A stretch of DNA of 57,719 nucleotides, from the IMG/VR virus record IMGVR_UViG_3300012138_000001, one strand, 5' to 3'. Positions 31,928 through 41,356 of the stretch are shown here, piece after piece. The position numbers and the translations under genes are program-made. The stretch's first letter is position 1; every line of letters starts with the position of its first letter. The notes under the pieces were generated by a model. That model did no database searches. It was not told where the DNA came from and worked only from the letters and a program-made list of their open reading frames with translations. The DNA is from a virus.

Positions 31928-33253
31928 CTATATTACGTACACAAGAGCATACAGAGTGTCCATTGCGGCGATTGGATTAAGTCTATTAATCGTAAGCATG
32001 ACAGACGTTTTCTCTTTCCCTGCTGATATCTCAATATCGTCTGCACCCTCAAAATTATCTATGGCTCCAATTCTTTGCAGCTCGTTAAGATATGTCAAAA
32101 CATCGGACTTGAAAACGTTACGTCCATTTTCGTTGTTTTGGATTTTGTCTCTGTAGCTTCGTTCCCAAGTATCGGTAAGCCTTGTTCCGACCTCATCGAG
32201 CACGCGGATGACTTGATTCAATCTGAAATCTTTTGAAAGCTTGCTTGTAAATGTATGCAGGCTATTTATGTCTTTTTCTGGTACGATTTGTCCGTCAATA
32301 TTCGTCCTGAGTACAAACATCCCGTGCTGTAGAGCTTCTTCGTATTCGGAATTGGTACGTGTATTTAAAATTCGTGTTGCACCTGCAAACGCTTGTGAAC
32401 CTGCCGATTCAGTCACGGATGCCCCAGCGGTAATTCCGGCAACCCACGCAGTAGCCTCTTCGGCAGTTACCTCGATGTCGCCCATCATTACACCGCAATC
32501 CGAATTGATAACCCCGTGGTAATCGGCTGCGTCGTAATTTGCAACAACAATCTGGACGTACTTGCCCTCTGTGTCGCGCATTTCCTCTGCAAACTTGGCG
32601 AACTGCGCGGCGAAAGTATCATTATTCTGTGTCAGCGCCATTGTCTGCCAACGTGCCTTGCGTGCTAATGCCAGGTATGCCGGGTAAGCCGTCGCTGGTG
32701 TTACTGTGCCGTTCGTTCCGCCAGTCAGAGTAATGCCGGCGTTTATAGCCAATGCACCGAATCCGCTAAACTCTACATAATCATTGTTTGCAAGCTCCTG
32801 CACCGTGGATGCTGGTTGTGCGTCCCTGCTTACGCCATCAACGTAGGTTGTGACTGTAAAAAGACCATCGGATTCGGTTATGACTATAGTAATCATATTA
32901 CCTTTGGTTCCGGGATATTTCGCTATTGCCGTCAAGCTACCCTGTGTTGCTGTTGCCCTCACGCCGCCGCTGTCGAGCCTGTAGACAAGCGCCTTGTAAC
33001 AGCCAGACAACATAAGGTTGAGCAGCTTGGCTTCTGCATCAAAAGCCGTGAAGCCTACTTTTGACAGGCTACTGCCGTCTGTGAGGTCAGTGCTGTACAC
33101 TTCTATGAGAGTATTTTCCGGCCCCCACGAAAGCGGTATGGCCAATGTGCCTATTCCTCTATCCCCAACCTGCATAGTCGGGGCTGAAACGGCGGTGAAA
33201 TTGATATAAACGCCTGGACGGGTCTTGTTCTGTGAGATCCATCTTCCACCCAT
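31928..33253 (-). CDS. contractile tail sheath protein (441 aa)
   Basis: MGGRWISQNKTRPGVYINF... N-terminus typical of XkdK-type sheaths. Confidence 0.95.
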   Translation of the reverse strand: MGGRWISQNKTRPGVYINFTAVSAPTMQVGDRGIGTLAIPLSWGPENTLIEVYSTDLTDGSSLSKVGFTAFDAEAKLLNLMLSGCYKALVYRLDSGGVRATATQGSLTAIAKYPGTKGNMITIVITESDGLFTVTTYVDGVSRDAQPASTVQELANNDYVEFSGFGALAINAGITLTGGTNGTVTPATAYPAYLALARKARWQTMALTQNNDTFAAQFAKFAEEMRDTEGKYVQIVVANYDAADYHGVINSDCGVMMGDIEVTAEEATAWVAGITAGASVTESAGSQAFAGATRILNTRTNSEYEEALQHGMFVLRTNIDGQIVPEKDINSLHTFTSKLSKDFRLNQVIRVLDEVGTRLTDTWERSYRDKIQNNENGRNVFKSDVLTYLNELQRIGAIDNFEGADDIEISAGKEKTSVMLTINRLNPIAAMDTLYALVYVI

Positions 33254-33311
33254 GTATTACCTCCTTAATGTTTACATAATAAATGCGCCCGCCTAAATTG
33301 GCAGACGCGCA

Positions 33312-33764
33312 CTAAATCGTGATATTTGATTCAATCTGTTCCTGCAATGGCCCGATTTCAACCGGCTTCGTTGCCATGACGGATACATTGCAGAAAAAGT
33401 GAAGTACACCGTCAACCTTTTCCGTCCTCCGGCCAGTCAATCGCACCGGCATGCCGTTCCATGTAATATATTCCAAATCCGATAGTAACCGAATGCTTAT
33501 ATCGTCAAGTTGCTGCTGTAAAAGGTTGACGCTACTTGGATCGGCAGCGACATGATAACGAATTGTCACAAAATAAGAAACCATCCAGTGATTTTGTCGC
33601 TCCGCTTGTATATCAAGCGTGAGTTGCTGAATGAAAAAATGCGGGTATACAAGCAGCTGAACCGGCGCTGTTTCCCGAAATCGCATTGCTCCCGGGAATG
33701 CTTCACCCAGGGCTATTACAAGGCCGCTGGTGACGCTGGTAGATACAATCTCGTACAATGTCAC
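33312..33764 (-). CDS. head-tail joining / tail completion protein (150 aa)
   Basis: Position between the connector genes and the sheath. Confidence 0.65.
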   Translation of the reverse strand: MTLYEIVSTSVTSGLVIALGEAFPGAMRFRETAPVQLLVYPHFFIQQLTLDIQAERQNHWMVSYFVTIRYHVAADPSSVNLLQQQLDDISIRLLSDLEYITWNGMPVRLTGRRTEKVDGVLHFFCNVSVMATKPVEIGPLQEQIESNITI

Positions 33765-34156
33765 ACCCCCTGCCTGACGCTCATTGTCGCCTCTTGTCGC
33801 GATTGATTGACCACGGGCGCGCCGATAACACCCTCGTAGGTTTCAAGCACTGCGCCGTCAAACGCCAGTTTTCGCGCTACAATTCTGTCAGCGTTTTGCA
33901 GGTCGATTCCCACGGCACAATTAATGCGCAAAGCGTGGATAATAGGCACAGCACCCACCGCTACGGGATCGGGATTATCAACGTCTGAAAAAGATATGTG
34001 AACCTTGATACCGGAATAGAATGGCACATTCGGATCGCTCGGGGCAAATGAGCCGTCGGGCAACTCAATCAATGATGCCCTGTAAATGTCTATCTCGTCG
34101 CTATCCATATAATCGCCAATAATGCCGCCTATCTGCCCAAAGTCAAAACCAGCCAT
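33761..34156 (-). CDS. head closure / head-tail adaptor protein (131 aa)
   Basis: Position; ATGA overlap downstream. Confidence 0.65.
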   Translation of the reverse strand: MAGFDFGQIGGIIGDYMDSDEIDIYRASLIELPDGSFAPSDPNVPFYSGIKVHISFSDVDNPDPVAVGAVPIIHALRINCAVGIDLQNADRIVARKLAFDGAVLETYEGVIGAPVVNQSRQEATMSVRQGV

Positions 34157-34160
34157 ACCA

Positions 34161-34511
34161 TCACCTTCCTTCCGTTATCCTATATGGCAATCGAAAACTA
34201 AGTATCTGCGCCTCTCGCTGCTTCAAGCGATTCTCCGCCCACAACTGCGCTTGTGATGTATCAAAACTCACGCTACTTCCGGCCTCGCTGATTGAGGTTG
34301 CTTTCCCTGTCGTGCCGCTTGCATTGGACAGCTCATTATACATGTCCATGACCATCATGGCGGCCTCACCTTCGAGCGCTGCGGGCAGTTCTTGGCGATT
34401 GGTGGTATTTAGTATGTTTTGCGTTACAATGCCGATATACAGCGTCAGAATCGCGTCCTTTGAAGTGTCCGTGATACCCAGCAGGGTTTTGACTATACTA
34501 AGCAGGTTCAC
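34161..34511 (-). CDS. gp6-like head-tail connector protein
   Basis: MNLLSIVKTLLGITDTSKDAILTLYIG... typical N-terminus. Confidence 0.8.
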   Translation of the reverse strand: MNLLSIVKTLLGITDTSKDAILTLYIGIVTQNILNTTNRQELPAALEGEAAMMVMDMYNELSNASGTTGKATSISEAGSSVSFDTSQAQLWAENRLKQREAQILSFRLPYRITEGR

Positions 34512-34914
34512 GAGTCACCACCTCCACATCGTTATTACATGTCGGACATTTCGCAATCAAAGCTACGGAACCGCCGATGATAGATAATTGCCGGCATTCC
34601 CTGGCTTCGCGTTTGAATATACAGCCGCAGTCGCAACATTCGAAGCGGTATGTGGGAAATACTCTTGCCCTGTCACCCTCTTTGATTATTCCATCCGTCG
34701 CCGCCTCTGTCGTCAATTTTCTGCCGCATATAGGACAGTAATTGATTTCAAAATATCCGTTTGCCATGTTATCCTTAAGCAGAACAATGCCTGGTGTATC
34801 ATTTTTTGACTGATGAATCACTGCGACTTGTGGATAGTTACCGTCCGCTGCGCCTTTATTAATTTCAATACCCACGCCAATGCCAATTGATTTTGAACAA
34901 TATTTACAATTCAT
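34498..34914 (-). CDS. multi-zinc-ribbon protein (138 aa, four CxxC pairs)
   Basis: CKYC, CPICGRK, CCDCGC, CPTCNN. Confidence 0.7.
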   Translation of the reverse strand: MNCKYCSKSIGIGVGIEINKGAADGNYPQVAVIHQSKNDTPGIVLLKDNMANGYFEINYCPICGRKLTTEAATDGIIKEGDRARVFPTYRFECCDCGCIFKREARECRQLSIIGGSVALIAKCPTCNNDVEVVTREPA

Positions 34915-35053
34915 CCGTTACCGCCTCGCTTTCCGGCGCAAATATGCTTTCTTTCTTCGACTTTTTCGCAGCCGTTTTTTCAGGCTCGGCTTTCTTTTCT
35001 GTCCGTTCCTGTCGCTTTTGAATTATCTGTCTGCGGCTCAACTCACTTAGCAT
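34904..35053 (-). CDS. small basic protein (49 aa)
   Basis: AGGTG 8 nt before ATG 35053; stop overlaps the next start; track ORF 34904..35230 trimmed. Confidence 0.5.
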   Translation of the reverse strand: MLSELSRRQIIQKRQERTEKKAEPEKTAAKKSKKESIFAPESEAVTDEL

Positions 35054-35363
35054 AATCAACACCTGCCTTTTTAAGCAAATTCTCCACCTGCCGGCGGGAC
35101 TTGCCGGAAATGTCGATACCGTTCGCGGCGGCAAGGGCGGCAAGTTGCTCTTCGTATACGTCATTATCGCTGGTGGATTCTTCTGAAACAGCAGGAGCAA
35201 GGGTTTCCCCCTGCTCCGTTTCAATGTCAATTATTTCAGCGACGTGGGCATTGAGCAATTTTATCGCCCGTTCTTTCGATACGGCGAGTTCCTCGCCTTT
35301 ACTGACCCATCCGTCAAGCTCCGCATCATTGTAGCCTTGCGTAACCTTTACTCTAAAAATCAT
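35043..35363 (-). CDS. hypothetical head-associated protein with C-terminal SAP/Rho-N-like helix pair (106 aa)
   Basis: Directly after the capsid gene; LAALAAANGIDISGKSRRQVENLLKKAG. Confidence 0.7.
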   Translation of the reverse strand: MIFRVKVTQGYNDAELDGWVSKGEELAVSKERAIKLLNAHVAEIIDIETEQGETLAPAVSEESTSDNDVYEEQLAALAAANGIDISGKSRRQVENLLKKAGVDYAK

Positions 35364-35374
35364 ACGCGGCCTCC

Positions 35375-36250
35375 TTAGATGGATCCCTTGTTATGCGTAT
35401 ACACGCCCGTAAGCTTGTTGTCATAAACAAAGCAATCATGGTACAGCCGGAACTGGTATTTCCATTCATCCATATCCTGATTCACATCAGGATTAAACAG
35501 CTTCGGAACGGCCAGTTTTACAGCCTGTACAATCGCATTCGGCTGGATGATCATGAAATTTATAGGGCTTCCGCTAGGAACAAATCCCCAGTCATCCGTT
35601 CCCGTGCCGGGTTTCAAGTTAATGGCCATATAAAATCTTGCGGGCGGCACATAGGTAATCGGCATACCATTATACTGATTTGCGATAGTGTTAATGGTTG
35701 TGTCGCTCCCCCAGCGTCTGTCAAGGGCCTGATTCAGTGCGGGCTGCAAATCTGAATTAATGAACAGCCGTCTGCCCTCGGCGGTTACTTCCCCAGCGTT
35801 CATACTTCTGGTTCCTTCGTCGATTGCGTCAACGATGTTGTCACGATCGAGCACGCCGGCCACGCTCCCCGCGCCTTTTGCGGCATATTTCGCAAAGCGG
35901 TATGCATCTAATTCCGGAATCATGTGTTCGCGGGTGAAATTACCGATCAAGGTGCCGAATGTCAAGTTGAGGGTTTCCTCGTTGTCCATCCGGTCTACTC
36001 CAAGCTCGACACCGCGCTCGATTTCAAGCAGGAAATTTTTCCATACAGCTTTTGCTGATCCTCTCGGATAGCCGTTTTCTCTGTTGTAATCTCCGAATCC
36101 TTTTGTCGACACCTGTAAGTATTTAACCTCCGGCGTGTTGGTGAAATCGGGCTGAATAGCCGCATCCATTCCGGCGGTCATACTGTCGGCCTTGTAAATA
36201 AGGTCAACTATTGCTTGATATTTTGTTACTAATTCGATTGTGTTTGCCAT
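35375..36250 (-). CDS. major capsid protein (291 aa)
   Basis: Follows the scaffold gene; size and position; MANTIELVTKYQAIVDLIYK... Confidence 0.85.
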   Translation of the reverse strand: MANTIELVTKYQAIVDLIYKADSMTAGMDAAIQPDFTNTPEVKYLQVSTKGFGDYNRENGYPRGSAKAVWKNFLLEIERGVELGVDRMDNEETLNLTFGTLIGNFTREHMIPELDAYRFAKYAAKGAGSVAGVLDRDNIVDAIDEGTRSMNAGEVTAEGRRLFINSDLQPALNQALDRRWGSDTTINTIANQYNGMPITYVPPARFYMAINLKPGTGTDDWGFVPSGSPINFMIIQPNAIVQAVKLAVPKLFNPDVNQDMDEWKYQFRLYHDCFVYDNKLTGVYTHNKGSI

Positions 36251-36265
36251 TTGTAATCACTCCTG

Positions 36266-36901
36266 TTATTTTATTTTTGCTACGTCAATTCCTGCGCCCT
36301 TTGCAAACGCGGCGAGATTAGGGTCTACCGCCGTGCTACCGCTCTTACTTCCGTCTTGCTGGAAGATCGACACGCCTACGGGAAGTTGTGGAGCTGGTGT
36401 TGGTGCTGGGGTGTTCTGTGTTTGAATTGGAAAATCCACTAAAGCCGCATCAAGTGCCTTTTCAAAGTCACCATCTTTATCCAGATAGCTTTCGGCCAGC
36501 TTTAAATATTTTGGGGCCTTGTCGGCAGGGATGCCCTTACTAATCGCCGCTATCTGGCGCTGCAAGTCCTGTACCTGTCCGGTAAGCGTCTGATTTGTTC
36601 CGGTTAATTCCTGCATGGCCTGCTCTGGGGTCTGCTGCTTGGATTTCCATTCGGCTGTCATTTTGCTGATTGAATCAGCATCCATTCCGTTTTGCTGGAG
36701 CATAGATTTAAAAACAGCTTCCATCTTCTTCTCTGCGGCCTCTGTGGCTTTTGCGGCTGCCTGTGATGTAAGTTGTTCGATATCCACCGTTGCCGCGGTG
36801 GCGGGCGTTGTGGCTGCCTGTGTGGGCATAGTGACCGGCGCTGGAGCCGTTGGTGTTGCTGGTACTGCTGGCGTTGCTGATGCCTGTGCCTGTTCGCTCA
36901 T
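36266..36901 (-). CDS. scaffolding protein
   Basis: Ala/Thr/Pro-rich N-terminus then helical region; AAAGGA 8 nt before ATG 36901 (track ORF to 36925). Confidence 0.8.
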   Translation of the reverse strand: MSEQAQASATPAVPATPTAPAPVTMPTQAATTPATAATVDIEQLTSQAAAKATEAAEKKMEAVFKSMLQQNGMDADSISKMTAEWKSKQQTPEQAMQELTGTNQTLTGQVQDLQRQIAAISKGIPADKAPKYLKLAESYLDKDGDFEKALDAALVDFPIQTQNTPAPTPAPQLPVGVSIFQQDGSKSGSTAVDPNLAAFAKGAGIDVAKIK

Positions 36902-37022
36902 AATAAATCCTTTCATCCGCTTCAAAAGCGTTACCGTTTATGGGCCGTCGCCCGTATTTTTGCAATAAAAAATGCCACCCACCTCCGATTAGGAAATGAA
37001 TGGCTCTATGGCTCTAATTATT

Positions 37023-37310
37023 TTATTGTTTTGCATAGTCTAGCTTTATTTCATAATACGCTGATACCGATGCGTTTAAAAAGTAATCATTTTGATGCTC
37101 TGTCAAACATTCGTATGAGCAAAAATCAAGATTCTTTATGCTTTCGTGGCTACTATTTCCCCAATCATTGTGACCGGTGATTACTTCGTAATATCTTTTT
37201 CCCGCCTGCCCGCATTGTTCCATTCCTATCGTTTTGCCGCATTTGTCGCAATAGATTCCAGATGGAATATCTTTGAATACGACTTGCTCAACTCTTTTAT
37301 ACTCTTTCAT
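37023..37310 (-). CDS. zinc-finger protein (95 aa)
   Basis: CDKCGK...CSYEC. Confidence 0.7.
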   Translation of the reverse strand: MKEYKRVEQVVFKDIPSGIYCDKCGKTIGMEQCGQAGKRYYEVITGHNDWGNSSHESIKNLDFCSYECLTEHQNDYFLNASVSAYYEIKLDYAKQ

Positions 37311-37455
37311 CTTTTCGGCTCTCCTTTCGGCTCACTATAACCTCTTTCTCGCCCCGACACGATTTGCACCAGCAGAAAACACCTTCGCTCTCGGCATCAC
37401 CGCTGTATGTCGCTATTCGTTTCCCGCAATCGGGGCATAGGTAGTCATGTTTCAT
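37297..37455 (-). CDS. small zinc-ribbon protein (52 aa)
   Basis: MKHDYLCPDCGKRI...CWCKSCRG; GGCGGTGA before ATG 37455; below the track cutoff. Confidence 0.5.
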   Translation of the reverse strand: MKHDYLCPDCGKRIATYSGDAESEGVFCWCKSCRGEKEVIVSRKESRKDERV

Positions 37456-37862
37456 TTGTCACCGCCTTTATGAAACGCCCATGCATAGCCCAAACACAAG
37501 CCGTCATTGTCTTTTTCTACTTGCTTGCGGTCAACAGGCTTGCTAATGATCGAACAAAGCATAATTCCCGCATCATACTCCTGTCTTGTAAATTTTCGAG
37601 ACATTATTTCGGGGTCACTGCGGTCAAATCCATCTGGATCATAGATTATTAATCCGTCAATGTCGGCCCATTCTTGCAAGGTTTTAGTTTCCATCGCAAA
37701 ATCCTCCGAGCATAGTGTAAATACAAATTCAGAAGCGACATCCGTGTTGGTTTCTGTGAGAAAATCAACGTCTATCATTATTGGTTCGCATGATTGTTCG
37801 CCGTACATATTTGCTTTGATGCGATCAGCCCATCTATTCATTACCTTCTCAAATGATTGCAT
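37452..37862 (-). CDS. hypothetical protein (136 aa)
   Basis: Packed co-directional ORF. Confidence 0.7.
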   Translation of the reverse strand: MQSFEKVMNRWADRIKANMYGEQSCEPIMIDVDFLTETNTDVASEFVFTLCSEDFAMETKTLQEWADIDGLIIYDPDGFDRSDPEIMSRKFTRQEYDAGIMLCSIISKPVDRKQVEKDNDGLCLGYAWAFHKGGDK

Positions 37863-37877
37863 TTATTATCGCCTCCC

Positions 37878-38189
37878 TCAAATTATGCACGATGTCACGC
37901 CACAAGGCCATTCAGCCGGTTCGTATGTTTTGGCAAAAATGTCAGGCTTACAGGGATAAAGTTCACCATCTATGCCTTGGATAATATAATCATTAACAGA
38001 AGCATGTAATTCACCTTCGAGCGTTTTGATGTACAATTCTCCGGCATCTTTAAAATACATGGTTTCGTCTTCCAGGGCCTTAAATATCCATTCTGGTGCT
38101 TCATACGGAGTTCCGTCACTATAGGTAAAGTCTCCATCATACTGAAATGCCTCAATAACAACTGGTTTTTTTCGATATCTCATATTCAT
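37878..38189 (-). CDS. conserved phage protein (103 aa), RKKPV..EAFQ / YPCKPDIF motif family
   Basis: MRYRKKPVVIEAFQYDG...GELYPCKPDIFAKTYE. Confidence 0.75.
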   Translation of the reverse strand: MNMRYRKKPVVIEAFQYDGDFTYSDGTPYEAPEWIFKALEDETMYFKDAGELYIKTLEGELHASVNDYIIQGIDGELYPCKPDIFAKTYEPAEWPCGVTSCII

Positions 38190-38228
38190 TCTCCTTATTC
38201 AAATTGCGCGCAATGATGAAGCGCGGGG

Positions 38229-38417
38229 TTATTCCTCGATTTCACATTTGCATTTGCATTCAGTTGCGTACACGGTGTTTATTAAATGCAAATATAACTC
38301 TTTCGGGTCAAACTCCAGATTATTGCCCTTCGCCAACTCAAAAAGCTTTTTCACATCATCAGCCTTTGGCGTATATACGTAATTATCCCAGCCACCAACG
38401 GGTTCAAGTATTGCCAT
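38229..38417 (-). CDS. hypothetical protein (62 aa)
   Basis: Packed co-directional ORF. Confidence 0.6.
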   Translation of the reverse strand: MAILEPVGGWDNYVYTPKADDVKKLFELAKGNNLEFDPKELYLHLINTVYATECKCKCEIEE

Positions 38418-38473
38418 TATTTACTCCTCTCTTTCAAGATATTTTATTGAGCGCATAACGCCGCGCCGCAAGA

Positions 38474-38671
38474 TTAGGTTACACCCTTGCAAATATCCAC
38501 AAAGTCAGGCCTTGCCCGCTCTCTTATTTGCTCCATCATTGCGTTGTCCGCCATCTCATGCGTCCATACAGGCCGCCCCATTATGCGCTCGATATATTTG
38601 TGCATATCGGCAAAATCGCACATCAGAACACCTGTATATGCCGAAATAACAATAGCCTCTTGTTTTGTCAT
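38474..38671 (-). CDS. hypothetical protein (65 aa)
   Basis: Track ORF trimmed to MTKQEAIVISAYTGVLMCDF... Confidence 0.65.
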   Translation of the reverse strand: MTKQEAIVISAYTGVLMCDFADMHKYIERIMGRPVWTHEMADNAMMEQIRERARPDFVDICKGVT

Positions 38672-38672
38672 T

Positions 38673-39140
38673 TTACGCGGCTCCCTTGCTCTGTAAATAG
38701 GCCTTAAATGCCTTGTTCCAGCGGGCCGGAATCTGTTTTTGCACTTGGTCAATTCCGATTGTCATCATAAATCGGCCATCTTTCCACCTTCCGTTGCGAA
38801 GTCTATAGCCAAATTCAACAAAAGAAGCATAATTCATCAAGTTAAATATGGTTATTTCGAATGAATCCCCGACCACTTCCACGCTTTCAATTGTGGCGGC
38901 CTGCTCAAATGCGGACGGGGCTTGTTCTTTCGTTCTGCCGACTTGGAGCGCCTGATTTCCAACCCCCCATGAGTTGCGCAGTGCGCCGGTATCCTCCGGT
39001 GTATTTCCTACTATCTTGGCAACTGCCCGCAAGGCCATTTCCAAGAGAAACTTTCTCAAGAAATCGTCGAAATCATTATAGGCATCCGTCCAATTCTCTA
39101 AAAACTTCTCCAACTCTCTGAAATCAGCTTCTTTCGCCAT
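38673..39140 (-). CDS. HK97 gp10-family protein (155 aa)
   Basis: TPEDTGALRNSW and NYASFVEFG motifs. Confidence 0.8.
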   Translation of the reverse strand: MAKEADFRELEKFLENWTDAYNDFDDFLRKFLLEMALRAVAKIVGNTPEDTGALRNSWGVGNQALQVGRTKEQAPSAFEQAATIESVEVVGDSFEITIFNLMNYASFVEFGYRLRNGRWKDGRFMMTIGIDQVQKQIPARWNKAFKAYLQSKGAA

Positions 39141-39143
39141 TAA

Positions 39144-40550
39144 TCATCCCTGCGCTTTCTTCTTTTCAAGTTCTTCTTTCCACCAGCTGCCGGTCAATTG
39201 CTTCCTGTTATCTTTAATGATTTCCCACCTCTTTGAATCTAAGTATTTCATTTCTTGGAATTCAGCAATGGTTGTCGGCATTCCCTCAAACAAGCCAGAT
39301 ACGAGATCGCTGCCGTGCTCTTTTTTGGCAGCTGCGATAAATCGTTTATAGCTTGCCAGCTGCTCCTTGTCGTTCTCGTAATACTTTTCGCGCTTTTGGG
39401 TGGACAAAAATTCTTTCCCTTGATCTTCCGTCAAACTCGCACGCCATTCTTTGTAGGACATATCCGCGGGGACATAATAATTCTTGCCAGTGAGGGGATC
39501 GCGGGCAATTCGTGTTGCCACATCATCAAACATAGCATCGATCTCGTCCGGCGGGAAATAGGCTGTTGTGGTGCTTCTGCATGGGTGTGGTGGGGATGAA
39601 ATCGGCGGGTAATTTATTCCCTCCATTTTTTCGGATAGCTTAAATATCTTCAAATCTAATTCTTGGCATGAATCCGTTGTGCGGTGGTCAAGCGTGGCTA
39701 AAAATTGATATCGATCCACTACGCCACTTTCAACATAAGTATCCCATGTGGCGCTATTTGCTATATGGTTAAATTCCGTTCTGGCCAGACTGATGCTGCG
39801 CCATAGCATGCCACCGTGGCCTTTTGCCGCACCCTGTCCGAACATCCGATCATGTATAGCCGCGCCGATAATATTAGGATTATGTCCGAGTGCTACGCCT
39901 TGCGGAATCTCTCGTTGGAGTATTAACGTGAGCTTATCCTTATTGGTCCAAATGCGGTCTGAATAATTTTCACCGTCCCATTTTTCAGATATGGCTTTTT
40001 CAATAATTTTTGTATTTAATGAAGAAAACGGGGAGCCGAACCCCACCCCCTGTTGGAGATTGAACGTCGCTCTGTAATAGCTTTCCTCGTATGCACTGCT
40101 CAACCCTTCTCTAAACACATCCTGCTCTTGTGCATACAATTTCTCAATCTGGAATTGGCAATCTGCTTGCAGGGCTTCCAGACGGCTCACGGCTGATTTT
40201 AAAGACGTTCGCCGACTTAGTTTTTGGCGATAGGCCGGATCGAACGCATAGCCAGTTTTTTTAATCTCTTCGTAATAGGCCTCAGTTTGTTCTTTATAGG
40301 ATTTTAATTCGGCCTTGCTTAAGTCTTTTTTGGCATCCGCAAGGGATACTTTGGCGTCTCTTGCATAGCGGCCATAGAACGCCTCTATTTCGCGCTGTAT
40401 GGCCTTTTGAGTTTCCCTGTATAACCCAGCAAGATCATCGTTCATTTCCTCGGCGGTTTTTTCGCTGGATAGTATTAATCTTTCGGCCCTATTCTGCCAA
40501 TACTTTTCTTGTTGCTCTTTACTCTTTCTCAAAACACTAATCAGCTTCAC
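39144..40550 (-). CDS. head morphogenesis / minor capsid protein, SPP1 gp7 (Mu F)-like (468 aa)
   Basis: ATLDHRTTDSCQELDLKIF core motif; located near the portal. Confidence 0.9.
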   Translation of the reverse strand: MKLISVLRKSKEQQEKYWQNRAERLILSSEKTAEEMNDDLAGLYRETQKAIQREIEAFYGRYARDAKVSLADAKKDLSKAELKSYKEQTEAYYEEIKKTGYAFDPAYRQKLSRRTSLKSAVSRLEALQADCQFQIEKLYAQEQDVFREGLSSAYEESYYRATFNLQQGVGFGSPFSSLNTKIIEKAISEKWDGENYSDRIWTNKDKLTLILQREIPQGVALGHNPNIIGAAIHDRMFGQGAAKGHGGMLWRSISLARTEFNHIANSATWDTYVESGVVDRYQFLATLDHRTTDSCQELDLKIFKLSEKMEGINYPPISSPPHPCRSTTTAYFPPDEIDAMFDDVATRIARDPLTGKNYYVPADMSYKEWRASLTEDQGKEFLSTQKREKYYENDKEQLASYKRFIAAAKKEHGSDLVSGLFEGMPTTIAEFQEMKYLDSKRWEIIKDNRKQLTGSWWKEELEKKKAQG

Positions 40551-40611
40551 CGCCTTTCGGAATAAAGGAAAAACGCCTATTATTGAGCGGGCGCTATTAT
40601 TTCATTGTGAA

Positions 40612-40833
40612 TCAACGATTAATCGTGCAACGTTTTTCGCATTCATCTTTTGTGTTAAATACCGCAATTCCGATGTCTCTTTCAGTAAAATAAGCCAGTA
40701 CGGGGCCGTTGGTATAATAGGTGATTTCGTTTTCGCTTATGCTTATCCGTTGTATCTTGGCTTTTACAGGCACCCTGTATGTAGGTATATACACATAGTC
40801 TCCAATATTGAAAAACACTTCAATATTCTTCAT
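40612..40833 (-). CDS. hypothetical protein (73 aa)
   Basis: GAAAGGCGG RBS context repeated from 40550. Confidence 0.65.
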   Translation of the reverse strand: MKNIEVFFNIGDYVYIPTYRVPVKAKIQRISISENEITYYTNGPVLAYFTERDIGIAVFNTKDECEKRCTINR

Positions 40834-40891
40834 AACATTACCGCCTTTCGGGACATGAGGAAAGCGCCCTATTTAAAACAGTTTTGATATT

Positions 40892-41158
40892 TTATTTTAA
40901 TTCATAACCAACTACATTTGTTATTTCTTTGGGAATCATTTCTTTTTCGGTATATCCGTGGCCATCACAAATATCGCAATCTCTATTTTCGTATTCGTCT
41001 TCCGAATAACCATATGAACCATATCTTGTAATAACCTTTTCCAATCCTTTTCCGCTGCATTTGGGGCAAATATATTTTCTGTTTAATATAGCTATTACTT
41101 TATCCAGCGTTATGTTCCCGTATTGTTTTTGCAGTGCGATAATTTGATGTGTTTTCAT
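40892..41158 (-). CDS. DnaJ-type zinc-finger protein (88 aa)
   Basis: CPKCSGKG...CDICDGHG. Confidence 0.7.
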   Translation of the reverse strand: MKTHQIIALQKQYGNITLDKVIAILNRKYICPKCSGKGLEKVITRYGSYGYSEDEYENRDCDICDGHGYTEKEMIPKEITNVVGYELK

Positions 41159-41179
41159 TTTCCCTCCGAATGATGAGTA

Positions 41180-41356
41180 TTAAAGTGCTTCATCTGGTTG
41201 AGTTGGGCCATCCCGTTCGGTCAATTTTGCGTTTATTGTATAAATACCACGATCACCTTCTGCGATAATTTTTATATTTAATTCTGAAATATCCTTGATT
41301 TTATCAACGGAATTTAAAATATCTTGTATGTCCATTATTACTTTATTGCGCGTCAT
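41180..41356 (-). CDS. hypothetical small protein (58 aa)
   Basis: ATGA overlap with the YopX stop; below the track cutoff. Confidence 0.5.
   Translation of the reverse strand: MTRNKVIMDIQDILNSVDKIKDISELNIKIIAEGDRGIYTINAKLTERDGPTQPDEAL

Noticed and set aside
34904-35230. Full-length 108-aa track ORF
   Set aside because: Its first 59 codons overlap 35043..35363 out of frame and look non-protein-like (Pro/Leu-rich). Only the distal 49 codons, with their own RBS, were retained.
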